Source: Lama guanicoe (taxonomy: Eukaryota). Taken from it: a stretch of DNA of 64,000 bases. This document shows, piece by piece, positions 13,640 through 27,590 of the stretch. Location of the stretch: NCBI GenBank assembly GCA_013239625.1, contig MU054323.1, forward strand, positions 7,615,220 through 7,679,219, written 5' to 3'. Position 1 is the first letter of the stretch; every line of letters begins with the position of its first letter. The notes under the pieces are model-generated. The model ran no database searches, was not told where the DNA came from, and was given only the letters and a program-made list of their open reading frames with translations. The position numbers and the translations under genes were made by a program.

Positions 13640-14340
13640 GTTCTCTGAAAAACCCAGTAAAATAAACTGTCAGCAAGTACCATTGGGAAAAAATAAGATA
13701 ATGTGATAAACTAAGGAACAAAAGAGAAACATAAATACTATGTACAACTTTATACCAACATTTGAAAAATATTTGAAATGGACCATTTTTAAAGAAAAAT
13801 AAATTCCCCAAATTGGCTCAAAAAGCAAAAATTCAAGAGACCAGTAGTAGTATATGAAACTGAAATGCTAGGAAAACAATTTTAAATGGTAAGACTTATA
13901 GAAATTATTTTTTCCGTGAAAGTTCTATAATTTTCCCAAAAATCTAGAAAAATAGAGCTACACAACCTATTTTATGATGCTAAGAATAATCTTAACCCCA
14001 AAATTGTACAACGATGGTACAAAAAAATAACAAAATCAAGCTAAAATCTGGAAAAAAAAACAAACCTATAACATATTAAAAAGTATGTAACAAACATATA
14101 GGGTTTATTCCTGAGAGCTAAGTATAGATTAACATTATAAAGTCCAGCCATGGAATTCTGTGTATTAGTTGATTTAAAGAGAAAGGCTACCTGATCATCT
14201 CAATAAACGCTGAAGAAAACCAAACTGAAAAATTCAATACCTATTCATAATTAAACATACACACAACCCTCCTAGCAAACTGGAAACTAATGAGGAACTT
14301 TTCAAATATGACAGAACATCTACCATAAATCTGTAACACA
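13640..14340 (+). mobile_element. Degraded L1 ORF2 (RT region) fragment
   Basis: caacctattttatgatgctaag, gggtttattcctgaga, tgatcatctcaataaacgctgaag, aaaattcaatacctattcata. Confidence 0.65.
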
Positions 14341-14465
14341 GACATGCACAGATTATTAAACACAAGTTGGGAAACTGGACAAAATTTCTCCTTAAAAGGA
14401 CTTAACATCCTTTCAAGAAATTTTCATTGATTGCCAGAAATGTGCATTTTTAAGGTAGTAGATTA

Positions 14466-14681
<216 letters not shown>

Positions 14682-15911
14682 TCATAAGCTGCTACCTGTA
14701 TTAAGAACTGTGACCAAACACTTTTGGAAAGGATCTTCTCTTTGGAGTTCTACTGCAAACAGCCTCCCTTTTCAGTTTATTTCCTCAGAAAGCTCTAGTG
14801 AAGGATGATAGGACGGGGAAGGGATGGGTGTTAGTATTCATTACTTTTCATTCTTTAATTTTTCAATAGAATTGATCGAAGAAGCAGGAAGCAGAATATA
14901 AACTATGAGTCATCAAGTGAGATAAAGCTTGGAAAAGATTCTAGAGCCTGTTGGACAGTATGTATGTTCTCAAGGTAAGTCTAATACTAACATGACACAG
15001 TGGAAGAGCCCTAGACTGACAGTGGATCCCAGTTTTCCCTGTCTTCAAAATAAAGGCAATGAGGTCATTCCACCTCAGAAACTCTACCACAGGTTTAATT
15101 CTTATATTCATCTCTTACATCAATAGTTATAGGTCCACCAGCGTAAAAGGGTGCATTAGGATTTCTCAAACGGAATCAATGTAGGTTTGCAAAGGGTGTA
15201 ACCACTCTCTACTTCATCACTAGCTGTTTTATATGTCATCAGAGCTTAGTCAAACCTTAGTCATACGTGAATGAGGGTTTTCCCTTCAAGAGCCTACACA
15301 TCTTATAAAAATTCCCATTAGGTCTTTATGTTCTATAAAGTTTGACAATGTATTATTTATGATAAGAGATCAAGAAATTGCTGATACAGATCCCTTAATA
15401 ATAAAAATAATAATCACTACTGCTAGTGAAGACTCTTGAAAAGTCCGTGTACACTAATGCCTTCTCCTTTCATAGTAGCTGGACTGAAAAGGCCTGGACA
15501 GCAAAAATGGCATTTTGCAGTATGGTTAACAAGCTTTAAGATATCATATAAAGTTTGCAGGTAGAAGGCTACTTGACATGAAAATGTAGAAACGTGGTTC
15601 ATTGGAATATACAAATTTTGGAATACAGCATTTCAATGGACATTTAGATGTTCTAAGAAAGGAATGCACAGTAGGTAACATTTAAGGAGGACAACTGTAG
15701 ACAATATTAAGAAGGTGACCTATCACTTAACCTCAGCTTTTTATCCCAACCCCTATAATACAGTTTATATATGGGAAAGGACAGACATACAATAGTGTGG
15801 CATTAAAAAAAAAGGTTTCATCATAACATACAAAAATGGAGCTGGATAATTCTTGAGATGGTTGAGCAACAAAAAGAAATCATATCCTTGGTACACTTAG
15901 ATGCTGACCCA

Positions 15912-16610
15912 TTTTTTAAAATAACAGCTTTACTGGGATATAATTTACATACCATACAATTTGCCTAAAGTGTAAAATTCAATGGCTTTTTAATATATTT
16001 GCAAAGTTGTGCAAACATCATCACAATCAATTTTCATCACCCACTGAAAAACCCTGTACTGGTTAGCTGTCACTTCTCTTTCCTCTCACCCATTCCCCTA
16101 GTCCTAGGCAATCACTAATCTACCTTTTGTCTCTATGCATTTGCCTGTTCCAGACATCTCATATAAATGTAATCATACAATATGTGCTCTTTTGTGACAG
16201 GCTTTTTTCACTTAGCATGTTTTAAAGATTTATGTATTTTACAGCATGTACCAATTCTTTATCCCTTTTTAATCATCAAATAATATTCTATTATATGCAT
16301 ATGCCACATTTTTTAATTCACTAGTTGATGGACATTTGGGTTGTTTACTCTTCTTGGCCATTATGAAAAATAATATGAACACTCATTAGAAGGATTTTGT
16401 GTTGGACATATGTTTTCAATTCTCCTGGGTTCACATCTAAAAGTGAAATTGCTGGGTTTTGCACTAACTCCAAGTTTAAACTTTTTGAGGAACAACTAAA
16501 TTGATTTCCAAGATGGCTGCACCATTTTTACAATTCCACCAGAAATGAATAGGGTTCTAATTTCTCCACAACCATGTCAACATTTGCTATTATCTGTCTT
16601 TTTTATATGA
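15912..16610 (-). mobile_element. L1MB-like 3' end, 5'-truncated
   Basis: aacagctttactgggatataatttacataccatacaat ... gatggacatttgggttgttt ... gatggctgcaccattttacaattccaccag. Confidence 0.85.
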
Positions 16611-17529
16611 CCAATGTTTTTTAAAGGGATATTACGAAAATAAAGTTAAAAACTATTAATATTTAACTATGTTTACTTTCTTCTTAATTATTTGCAGAAA
16701 TCTGAGAATATACATTTCCTCCCCTGCTCTAAATACTGTCTGAAAACAAATATAAAACAAACCAAAATGACCTCATTATAGAAGATAAGAATTCTACTTT
16801 GCAGCCTAGAAAAGAGACAATAAAGCTATATGTAATTACCAGAGCAAACTGAAATGCTTCCGTTTAAGGCAAAAGCCCTTTCTAGCAAATGAAACCACAA
16901 ATGAATCTCAAAGCCAATTGAAATAAATCAAGAAAATTCTAAGACCCACCAATGAGGAAGATCTCCCAGAAATGACAACCTTAAGTACTGGTCTCATAAT
17001 TTCTATGCAACTTAAACTTTGCTCTAACTTCCAAATATTAAAGGTTCACAATGACAGACAGCAAACAAGATTTTAATACATGCTGAGAAACTCATCTCTT
17101 GTCATTTCTTTTAGTATCTACATTGTCTTCAAGACACAATTTTATTAGAGAAACCAGGAATTACATCGTCTATGTGCCTAATGCTGTGCTAGGTTCAGCT
17201 GAACAGAATTTCATTGACTTCTTATAACTACCCTCTAAGGTGGGTACAACTTCTCTTTCTACCCCACCCAATCTCCTCTAATTCTACCCTCTGAGATAAC
17301 TAAATAATACAGTTGGGTAGGCTCTTTACTGACATTTTTCTATGCAAATAAAATTATGAAAAGATTTTCAGAGACATATATTTATACATAAATATTAAAT
17401 ATACATATTTGCATATTGTGATATTATCTAAACTTTATATACCTGAAAATTTAATTAGCCTGTCAAAGGACATAGCTAGTAAGGAGCACAACCAAAATTT
17501 GAACTTGGTAAATTTTCAGAGTAAGTACT

Positions 17530-17972
17530 TGTAGTGGGCTGAGTAGTGGCCCCCAAAAGTCATGTTCATGTCCTAGTCCCCAGAACCTGGGTATGTTGCT
17601 TTATTTGGAAAGGGAGTCTTGGCAGATGTAGTTAAGGATCTTGAGATGAGAAGATCATCCTAGATTACCCCAGGGGGTCTTAATTTAATGATAAGTGTCC
17701 TTAGACACAAGACAGACACAGAGAAGGCCACGTGAAGACAGAGGCAGAGACTGGAGGATGTGGTCACAAGGCAAATATGTCAGCAACCACCAGAAGCTAG
17801 AAAATACAAAGAACAGATTTCTCCCCAGAGCCTGTGTAGGGAGTATGGCCCTGCTGACACCCTGACTTCAGACTTCTGGCCTCTAGAACTGTGAGAAAAT
17901 AGATAAATTTCTGTTGTTTTAAGGTAGCCAGTTTGTGGTAATTTGCTACAGCAGCCTCAGAAAACTAATACA
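17530..17972 (+). mobile_element. MaLR solo LTR (MLT1C/D-like)
   Basis: TG...CA termini (tgtagtgggctgagtagtggccccc ... gaaaactaataca); near-perfect 5-bp TSD gtact/gcact; typical MLT1 3' text. Confidence 0.88.
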
Positions 17973-18696
17973 GCACTTAAATCAGATTTTTTTAAGTATC
18001 ATTATCAACTCATAATAGGTGTCTACATATTTGAAATGTTTGAATCAAAGCAATTATTACAAATTTGGCACTCAAACTGTCCCCTTTGTGGGTAGCGGGA
18101 GCTCCTTCAAGCTGTAAACCATCTTTGGGACACGGTCCCAGTAATGCTCCCTTGCTATTTGGCACAGAAAGAGAGTCCTAAGCAAATCTTGCATAATTTT
18201 TTTTGCCCACACTTGGATCACCCACTTGTCCACGGAGCCCTGATATTTTTTAATTTAAAATGATATTAAAAGACCATGCACTGCACACTAGGGGTGCTTA
18301 ATGCTACTCGGTTACCACTGGTTCTAAAACTTCTCAACGATCTGAACAAGAAAAGCAGCTTTTTTGAAGAAGAAAGTTAAATAAATTCATGCACAGACAC
18401 TAAATAGGAGTTTACGATTATAGGAGTGTCATTTCACTTCTCAGAATTTGTATTTCTATCATTTTTCTTCTTCCCAGCTAACCTGGTTTCTAATAGTATT
18501 ACTGTAATTATTAATTTGTTTTCTATTATAGATCTGATTTCATATACAATTTCAATATAATTACTGAAGGCAGTTTAAGATTTGTGTCTGGTCTCCTACA
18601 CCTAAAATATATTCCAAAGCAACTTATCTATGTCATTATGCCACAAACTTGACATATACTTGAGTTTGCTTTAAGTTGTATATTTCTAGAAAGTAC

Positions 18697-18791
18697 TTTT
18701 TTTTTTTAATGGAGATACTGGGGATTGAACCCAGGACTTCGTGCATGCTAATCATGTGCTCTACCACTGAGCTAGTACCCCATTCCCTCCC
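18697..18791 (-). mobile_element. tRNA-Ala-derived SINE (camelid Vic-1-like)
   Basis: Reverse complement shows A box tagctcagtggtagag, B box ggttcaatccc and an A tail. Confidence 0.85.
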
Positions 18792-19232
18792 AAAAGGACA
18801 TTTTAAGTATTTAGTTGTTTTAATTATGCAAAGCTATAAAAAGAAGTTACTTTGGTATAAGTCTAGCTCCCTCCCCTGTCTGCACCACTTTATTACTTCC
18901 TTTCCCTTATAGGAAGTCATTTATATTACTTTTCAGCCTTCTATTGCTTTTTATTTGTATTTTTGTTTTGGTGAAAACATAGTATATATATATTTTTTAA
19001 TATGTTTAATCATTTCTTTAAACAAAAAAAATCATGTATTCAATTGTCCAGCACCTTTATTCTTTAAATATAATTAATATATCCTGGGGAACAGAACATA
19101 GGGATCTTCTACATTCCTTTCAATAGCTACATAAAATTCCACTTTGCAGATGTACCATAATTTCTTCAACTGGACTCTGATGAGCATTTTAGTTACTTCT
19201 AGTATTTTGCTCTTATCATTGCAGTATTTTAA

Positions 19233-19410
19233 CCAGTGGTTTCTAAGGTGCTGTACCAAGAACACCACCATCATTATCTAAAATCAGATGGAAATGCAAA
19301 TTACTAGATCCCAGCCCATACCTACTGAACCAGAAACTTTGAAGTTGAGGTTCAGGAATCTGCATAATAAGCTCTCCAGGTGATTCTGATGCATGTTCAA
19401 GTCTACACTG
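19233..19410. mobile_element. MER5A-like hAT-Charlie element
   Basis: cagtggtttct ... gaaatgcaaatt ... cctactgaaccagaaact ... aagctctccaggtgattctgatgca ... cactg. Confidence 0.8.
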
Positions 19411-19429
19411 TTCTTAAGCACTAATCTTA

Positions 19430-21125
19430 AGCTATGTTATTTTGTATTGTTGACAGTGTTATCCGTGAACTGATTCTTAGAGGTGGGTTTGCTAAGTCAA
19501 AGGATAAAAACATATGCTTCCAGAAACAGCAGTTAGAAAAGTTTTAATACTTTCAGGTTTTAAAAGGAATTCATGCATGCTTTCCTCTAGGACTTAATTT
19601 CATGTTCTACATATTATATCTCTTAATTTGTTTAGAAATTATCCTGGAACACGGTGTGAAAGACAAATGAATTTTCATCTTTTTGGCTATTCAGTTGTTT
19701 TAGGTCCTTTGCACAGATCTTACAAAGGTCATGCTCAGAGTTTTTGTTGCTACTGATGTAGCTATTATGAATATGTTCTCTTTTTTCACTGACTTTTATC
19801 TATATATGTGATGGCTAGTTGCTATGCATTAATTTTACTAACATCCTACCACTTTACTCAATTCCCTTCTTTAATCAGTTTTTATCTCCGTTGACTCTTT
19901 TGAGTTTGTCAGATACATAATCGTATCATCTATACAGAGGTAGTTTTCCCTTTTTCTTGTTGCTTATTGTTCCACCTCCTTTCCCTTGCTTACTTGTATT
20001 AAGTAAACACCTTTAACATCATGTTTTATAAGAATTGAGATAGCAGGCACCCTGTTCTTTGTTCTAGCTATGGAGTAAGCTGCTAGTGTTTTTCAACTAA
20101 GTTATCATGTTAAAGTTATCTATCAATTCTGGGTTTGAGTACTCAATTTACTCAAAGACCTTATCAGCAAGTATAGAGATGAAATACGATTTTACACATT
20201 AGCTCTATTAATACGGTGAATAATAATGGATTTCCCAGTAGTGAGTCATATAATCCAAAAACCCCATTTGCTTATGACATATAATTTTTAATGTACAGTT
20301 GAATTCTATACACTAAATCTTTTATTTAAGATTTTGCTTCAATATTCACAAGACAGCTCTGTACTCTGGAAAGTTTTGAAAATTCGTTTCCAAAAAGATT
20401 CTGTTTCTGGACAATATTTTCCCTGCTCTGTAATAGTTTTTAAAACATTAAGAGTGTTTCATCATTAAACATTTGGCTGAAGTCTCCTGAAAACCCATTT
20501 AGGTGTGTATGGTGCTCTTTTGAAGACGAGCTCTTCCATAGCTCTGCTTGTTTGGAAGTTTATTGTTTAGACTTTCTATCTCCATCAGGTTCAATATTTG
20601 TACATTCTATTTTCCTAGAAAATTATCCCATTTCATTTAAGTTTTTAAAGAATTGTGGAAAAGTCTTGTAGTCTAAGTGTTTTGTTTTGGTATTTATTTC
20701 AACCCGAATTTGTGACTCTTAAAAAAAAAAGTTAGGTTAGTGAAGTTTGTCTATTTTATTTTAAAACCAACTGTTTCTACTATTTTTCTCTTTTCTCATT
20801 CAGTAATTTCCATTTTATTTTTATTAATTCTTTCTTCAGCTTTCTATTGGTTTGTTAGTCTTTTTTTCCTAGCTTATTTAGTTCTATGCTTATTTTATTT
20901 TTATTGATTCAACGCTATAAATTGTTTCCTGATAACTGCTTTGGCTATAACTCAAATTCTGATACAAAATATTTTTAATATACTCTTGCCAGAGTTTTCC
21001 TCTAAGTCAGTGAATTGTATTGATTACTTTCACTTATTCTAACTCACATTCCCATATGTGTATGTGAACTGAGGACTTAACGATCTGTATATTTTACCAC
21101 ATTTATGTTAAGATCTAATTATAAG
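19430..21125 (-). mobile_element. Old degraded L1 ORF2
   Basis: T-rich antisense ORF2 phrases (atcgtatcatctataca, ttttcctagaaaattatcccatttcat). Confidence 0.7.
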
Positions 21126-22040
21126 TAAAATATCACCACACAAAGAAATTTTCTGGTCCAGCTGGTTTCCACCAGTGAATTCTTCTAAATCTTTTAAGGA
21201 AACAAACCAACAATCTTATATAAATACTTTCAGAGAACCAAACACCAGGAAAAACTTACCAATCTGTTTCATGATACCAAATTTTGATAAGGACATTATT
21301 TGGGGGGGGGAGTGAGGGGACACTGCCTATTCTTTCTCATCAACAAAACAAAGAAGTCAAACACAAAATATTAGCAAACTGAATCTAGTGACATATAGGA
21401 TTAATAATGATCATAATTGGGAGAGGGTATAGCTCAGTGGTAGAGTACACTGCTTAGCATGCATAAGGTCCTGGGGTTCAATCCCCAGTACCTCCAGTTA
21501 AACAAATAAATAAATAAACCTAGTCCCCCCCCAAAAAACAAACAAAAAAATAAAAAATAAAGTGTTTAAAGAAAAAAAAACCCCAAACCCCAAAAGAAAC
21601 AAAACTCATATATCATAATTGGTTTATCTTAGAAATATGAGATGGTTTTACCATTTAATATATAAAACCAACATAGTTCACCACATTAACAGAATAAAAG
21701 AAAAAATATAATATACTGAAATAATAGATGAGGAAAAGCAACTGATAAAATTCAACATTTGTTCATTATAAAACTTCTTAGCAGACTACAAACAGAAAGG
21801 AAGTAACTTCATCTAATAAAGAATGTCTACAATAACCTACCACTGGTCAGCACCATTCTTAAAATGGCATAATATTCAAAACTTTACCTTATAACTATAG
21901 AGAATGAAAAGGATGACTGATGCTACCAGTTCTATGTCACTCTTGTATGTGTAGATAGTCCTAATAATAAACCTATTTGTAAACCATTAGACTAAAAAAA
22001 AATAATAATTTAGCAATGTTGCTGGATACAGTATCAATGT
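21126..22040 (+). mobile_element. Old L1 ORF2 (RT region); continues at about 23840-24545 and 25803-26040 after nested insertions
   Basis: caaaatattagcaaactgaatc, ccacattaacagaataaaag, gataaaattcaacatttgttcatt, gttgctggatacag. Confidence 0.75.
21419..21611 (+). mobile_element. tRNA-Ala-derived SINE (camelid Vic-1-like) with TSD
   Basis: gggtatagctcagtggtagag...cttagcatgcataaggtcctggggttcaatccccagtacctcca plus A-rich tail; direct repeat atcataattgg at 21410-21420 and 21612-21622. Confidence 0.9.
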
Positions 22041-23845
22041 TGGCAGAGGCAATCCACTATGCGCATCAGTGTTTCTAAAAGTACTTGCTGGGTATGCCAG
22101 GAATGCAAGTCCTTGAATGCTCTTCACCTGGGTTGTATTAACCGTGAGGAACCATGAGAGAAGGCAGCAACTCCTCCCAGACAAATCAGCCTTGCTTCCA
22201 TTTACTATTTAAAAGCACTGAAAAATGACATAACAGTTGGCCAACAGGCATGTGAAAAGATGCTTAACATCACTAGTTATCAGAGAAATGCAAATCAAAA
22301 CCATAATAAGATATTACCTCACACCTGTCAGAACAGTTATCATCAAAAGACAACAAATAACAAGTACTGCCAAGGATGTAAAGAAAAGGGAACCCTCAAA
22401 TGTACTGCTGGTGGGAATGTAAACTGGTGCAGTCACTATGGAAAAACAGTATGTTAAGATTCCTCAAAAAAATTAAAAGCAGAACTAGCATCTAATCCAG
22501 CAATTCCACTCCTGGGTACTTACTCAAAGAAAACAAAAACACTAATTAGAAAAGATACATGCCCCCCTATGTTCATGTTCATTGCATTATTTACAATAGT
22601 CAAGATATGGAAGCAGCCTAAGTGCACATAAACAGATAATGGATAAAGAAGATGTGGTATGTATATGTGTACATGTGTGTACACACACACACACACACAA
22701 GAATATTACTCAGCCATAAAAAAAAGAATGAAGTCTTGTCATTTGTGGCAACAATGATGGATGCAGAGAGTATTAATGCTAAATGTAATAAGTCAAAAGA
22801 AAATTACTGTATGATTTCACTCATGTGTGAAATCTAAAAAACAAAGCAAATGAACAAATATAACTAAACAGAAACAGAATCATAGATATAGAGAACAAAC
22901 AGGTGGTTGCCAGAAGGGAAGGTAGTGAAGGGAAAAGAGAAATAGGTGAGGCAGATTAAGAGGTATACACTTTGCAACAAAATAAGTCACAGGGGTGTGT
23001 AACGTACAGTGCGGGGAATATAGTCAATAATGATGTAATATCTTTGTATGGTGACAGAGGACAACAGACTTACCATGGTGATCATTTTGAAATGTATAGA
23101 AATACTGAACCACTATGTTGTGTACCAGGCTAATATAGTGTTATAGGTCAATTATACTTCAAAAACAAACTCATTAAAAAGAAAAGATCAGGTTTGTGCT
23201 TACCAGAGGTGGAGAGGCTGGGGTAAGGGGAATCAGATGAAGGCAGTGAACAGATACAGACTTCTATTTATAATATAAATAAGTACTAGGGATACAAATA
23301 TACAATGTGATAAATACAATTAACACTGCTGTTTTATGTTATAAAGTCTGTTAAGAGAGTACATCCTAAGAGTTCTCATCACAAAGAAAAAATTTTCTAG
23401 TCCTTTAATTTTTATATCTATGAGACGATGGATGTTGACTAAACTTAATGTGGTAATCATTTCATGATGTATTAAAGTCAAATCAATATACCATATATCT
23501 TAAACTTATATACTGCTGTATATCAATGATATCTCAATAAAACAGAAAGGGAGGGAGGGAGGCATTAACTGAATCCCTCAATCTCAGTGTTCCTTGGCTA
23601 AGATACAGACTCACTGCATGAGTACCATGTACCTGGGTCCATTATCTCATCAACCCTGGGAGGATAAAGAGGAACCAACACAACAAATATGCTAATGTTC
23701 ATACTGCTTGCTATGCTGTGAGTGATAGTCCTTCTTCTCTGATTCAGGAGTCTTGTATCTTCTGTCAACATGCATGAACCAGTGTAAGACTAACTTGTTA
23801 GCTTACAAACTGGATAGAATTCTAGCCCCTTTACAAACACTAACA
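22038..23845 (+). mobile_element. ERVL-type solo LTR (LTR40-like), split by a younger L1 at about 22225-23560
   Basis: The 3' half reads tctctgattcaggagtcttgtatcttctg ... ctaacttgttagcttacaa ... ccccttta, and the 5' half lies at about 22040-22220. The family name is recalled. Confidence 0.55.
22225..23560 (+). mobile_element. L1 3' end (ORF2 C-terminus and 3' UTR), 5'-truncated
   Basis: ORF 22237..2422-type text ([21 protein letters not shown]) is L1 ORF2 C-terminus-like; the element ends atctcaataaaac. Confidence 0.9.
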
Positions 23846-24609
23846 ATCGATTCATAAAAACTAACTATATGTATTTTTACATATCAGCAATAAACAATTA
23901 TGAAATGAAAAAATGTAAAATCCATTTGTAATAGAATAAAAAATGTCAAGGAATAAATCTAATTTAAAAAAGTATAAGACCCATATAAAGAAAATTATAA
24001 CATTAATGAAAGAAATTAAGAAAACTGCAGAAAACACAGTAGCACCACTTTCACAGATTGAAAGGTTTAATGATGTAAACACCCAACAGAACTCAGACTG
24101 ACATACAGATTTAATGCAATCTCAACCAAAATTCTGGCAGGTTAATGAGAGAGAGTGCATGTGAAAACTGACCAGCTGATTCTAAAATTTACATGGAAAT
24201 GAGACGAGCCAAAAGAGACAAAAAAAAAATCTTGAAAAACAAAATAGAAAAACTATTAGATATCAAACCTAATTATAAAGCTACAGTAATTAAAACAGGG
24301 TGGTCCTGGCTCACGGGCAGAAAAAAAATGACAATGGAACATAACAGAGTCCAGAAACTGGCCCATAAATGTATGTGTGGTCAACTGACTTATGATATAG
24401 GGGACACTGAAGTGCAGGACAGAACAGTCTTCTCAAAAATGCTGCTGGATCATTTGGATAGCCACATAGGCGGGAAAAAAACCCATGATCCTTTTCTCAC
24501 ATAATCCAAAAATATCCCAGGTGGTTTGGAAATCTAAATGTAAAACATGTAAGAGTAAATGTTTCATTGAAACGCATATACAGGCAGGCATACACACATA
24601 GAAGAAACT

Positions 24610-25792
24610 TTTGTTTACTGGGAGTTTTTATCATGAATGGGTGTTGGATTTTATCAATGCATTTACTACATCTGTTGATATGATCATGCGACATTATTTT
24701 TAGCCTGTTGATGTGATGGTTTACATTAATTGATCTTTTAAGGTTAAACCATTCCTGCATATCTGAGATAAATCCCATTTGGTAGTGATGCATAAATCTT
24801 TTTGTCCATCATTGAATTTGACTTGCTAATACTATGTTGAGAATTTCTGCACCTATGTTCATGAGAGACATTGCTCTGTCGTTTTCTTTTCCTGTAATGT
24901 CTTTGTCTGGTTTTGGTATTAGGGGCTTGCTGGATTCATGAATGAGCTGGGAAGTATTCCCTCTGCCTCTATCCTCTGAAAGAGATTACAGAGAATTTGT
25001 ATAGTTTCTTCTTCAAATGTTTAAAAGAATTCATCAGTGAATCAATCTGGGCTTGGTGCTTTCTGCTTTGGAAATAATTGTTGATTCAATTTCATTAATT
25101 GATACAGGCCTACTCAGACTGTCTATTCTTACGTGATTTTTGACAGATTTTGTCAAGAAATTGATCCATTTCATCTAGATTATCAAACCTGTGGACACAA
25201 AACTGTTCAAAATATTCCTTTATCACCCTTTTAAGACCCATGGGATCTGTAGTGATGGCCTCTCGTTTCTGAAATTTGTAATTTCTGTCTCCTTTTTCTC
25301 TTAGCCTGGGGAGAGGCTTAGTAATTTTATTATCTTTTCAAAGGACCAGCTTTTGGTTTCATTGATTTTCTCTACTGATACCTTATTTTCAATTTCATTG
25401 ATTTCTACTCTAATTCTTGTTTCTTTTCTTCTGCTTTCGCTGGGTTTAATTTGCTCTTCTTTTTCTAATTTCCTAAGGTGGAAGCTCAGATTACTTCTTT
25501 CTTCTTTTCTAATAGATGCATTCAATGCTGTAAATTTCCCTCTAAGCACTGCTTTCACTGCATACCACAGATTTTATTAAGTTGTATTTTCATTTAGTTC
25601 AAAATATGTTAAAATTTCTCAAGATTTCTTCTTTGACATGAGTTATTTAGAAGCATGTGCTTAACCTCCACATATTTGGGATCTTCCAGTTATCTTTCTG
25701 CTACCGATTCCTAGTTTAATTTCATTGGGATCTAAGAGCAGACATTATAGATTTATATTTCTTTAAATTTGTGAAGGAGTGTTTTACGGCCC
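24610..25792 (-). mobile_element. Internal L1 ORF2 fragment (post-endonuclease to RT)
   Basis: ORFs 25301..25558 (KAVLRGKFTALNA) and 24497..24793 (QMGFISDMQEWFN...DKIQHPFMIK) are L1 ORF2-like; flanked by the direct repeat agaagaaact. Confidence 0.9.
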
Positions 25793-27480
25793 AGAAGAAA
25801 CTACTTTCATGTCAGTGGGAAATGGATTTTCTTAAGGATGTATTAAATTATACTAAAGTTAGGAAACTGTGTTCATCAAAAGTTACGTTGCAGAGAGTGA
25901 AAAGACAGGCCACACAGAATAAGAAGTTATTTGCATGGCTTATATTCAAAAAGCCACTAGAAGACGACAATCCATAGAAAAATGGCAAAGACTGGAAAAT
26001 GCTTTGCATAAAAGATGATCTAAATGACTAACAATGAAAATGAGTACAAAAGGGAGACTAAGCATTTAGAGACTTTCATAAAAAGTTGACACTGCTGGGC
26101 CATTTTTATTGTATTTTACATAAGTATAGGTCTACCATGTGTTGGGAGGTTTCCTTCCTGATGAATAGTTTCCGAGTAAACGGCTAGTAGGGAGGTGGGG
26201 ATGGGGCAGGGGGTGTGTGGGAAGGCATGGGAACAGGGCCACACAGTTACAAAATGAGCAACCAAGATTTCCTAGGGTTATATCTTAAAAAGGATAAAGA
26301 TATTAAAAATAAGACATTATTTGAGAAATGAACATTAAAGGTGCATTTTAGCTGTATCAAGTCCCTGTATATAATCTTTTCTTACAAAGTGGCCCTTAGA
26401 GAAAAATAATCTGTCACATTTCTGTATTACCAGTTTTACTTCTTAATTCAAATAAAACTGTCATCCTGCACCAAGGAAATACACTGCCCACAACAAATGA
26501 CTTTCAACAGTAGAATGGAAATGAATTCTTTTAACCTACGCATCGGTGATTAGAAATAAATTGAACTAACGTGAATACTAGTGAGCAGAAAAACAAATAA
26601 AGAAGCTAGTATGTTAACCAAGATACTAAATGGACAATAGGATGAAACAAACAGAACAGGGTCTATAAACAAAAATCTTGTTCCTCTTGATATGTCACTG
26701 TGAACATTTGGTCCAATCAGCAGTGTTGCCATTTTCTAATCCACACTACATATCTAACTGCACACCAATCACCTATAAATAATGGAAGCTACCACTAATC
26801 ATGAACAGTCTGATCCCAGCTTCTCCCCCTTCTCTCGTTCCACAAATCCCCTCTTCGAGCCAAACTTAACCTCCTATAGCTTCTTGAGAATACTATACAT
26901 ACACTTCCACCTTCTTGCCTTTATATATATTTTCTTTCCATGATATAGCCTCTCTTCCCTAGAGATTATACTCTCAAGGGAAGAACAGTATATTAAAATT
27001 TCTAGAGTTCATACAACACTTAGTAATCCAGGTAAAGTTAACTACTCCCTTCTCTAATGCTGCCACAGATGATAAATATAAAAACATACTACTTATTAAG
27101 TTATCTGCTAATTATCTGCTTATTGTTCTATACCTCAAGAAATGGGTGGGGGCCACACCTTATTCAAATTTCCCACATACCTGGCAAATAGGATGTACTG
27201 GAGAAAGAGTAAGGGTAACATGTAGTTTAAAGAGAGATGTTTATTTGGTTTTGCAAATAAACTAATGGCCTTAACAAAAATGCTCAAGATTATATCCTAA
27301 ACTACTTGTCCTCCAATGCAGACTGCTCAACAGATTAAAAGCACTCATTTAAGAACACATTTAGTACCTGATTAGAAAAAGAAAAAACTTGCTTTCATAT
27401 AAATATATAGATGTAGCTAAACAGTAACAAGTTCTGATCAAAAGATCAGCACTCATTATTCGATTTAAATAAACAAAAAT

Positions 27481-27590
27481 GGGAGATGAGGTATAGCTCA
27501 GTGGTAGAGTGTGTGCCTAGGATGCACGAGGTCTTGGTGTTCAACCCCTAGTACCTCCATTAAAAGAACAGAGACCAAAAAACCAAAAAT
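27481..27590 (+). mobile_element. tRNA-Ala-derived SINE (camelid Vic-1-like)
   Basis: ggtatagctcagtggtagagtgtgtgcctaggatgcacgaggtcttggtgttcaacccctagtacctcca plus A-rich tail. Confidence 0.87.

Noticed and set aside
21419..21500. Possible tRNA-Ala gene (also at 18.7k, 27.5k, 40.1k, 56.0k)
   Set aside because: A-rich tails, TSDs and broken stems show these are SINE copies, not tRNA genes.
22237..25580. Several ORFs with reverse-transcriptase-like text
   Set aside because: Short frameshifted remnants of L1 ORF2; no intact element.
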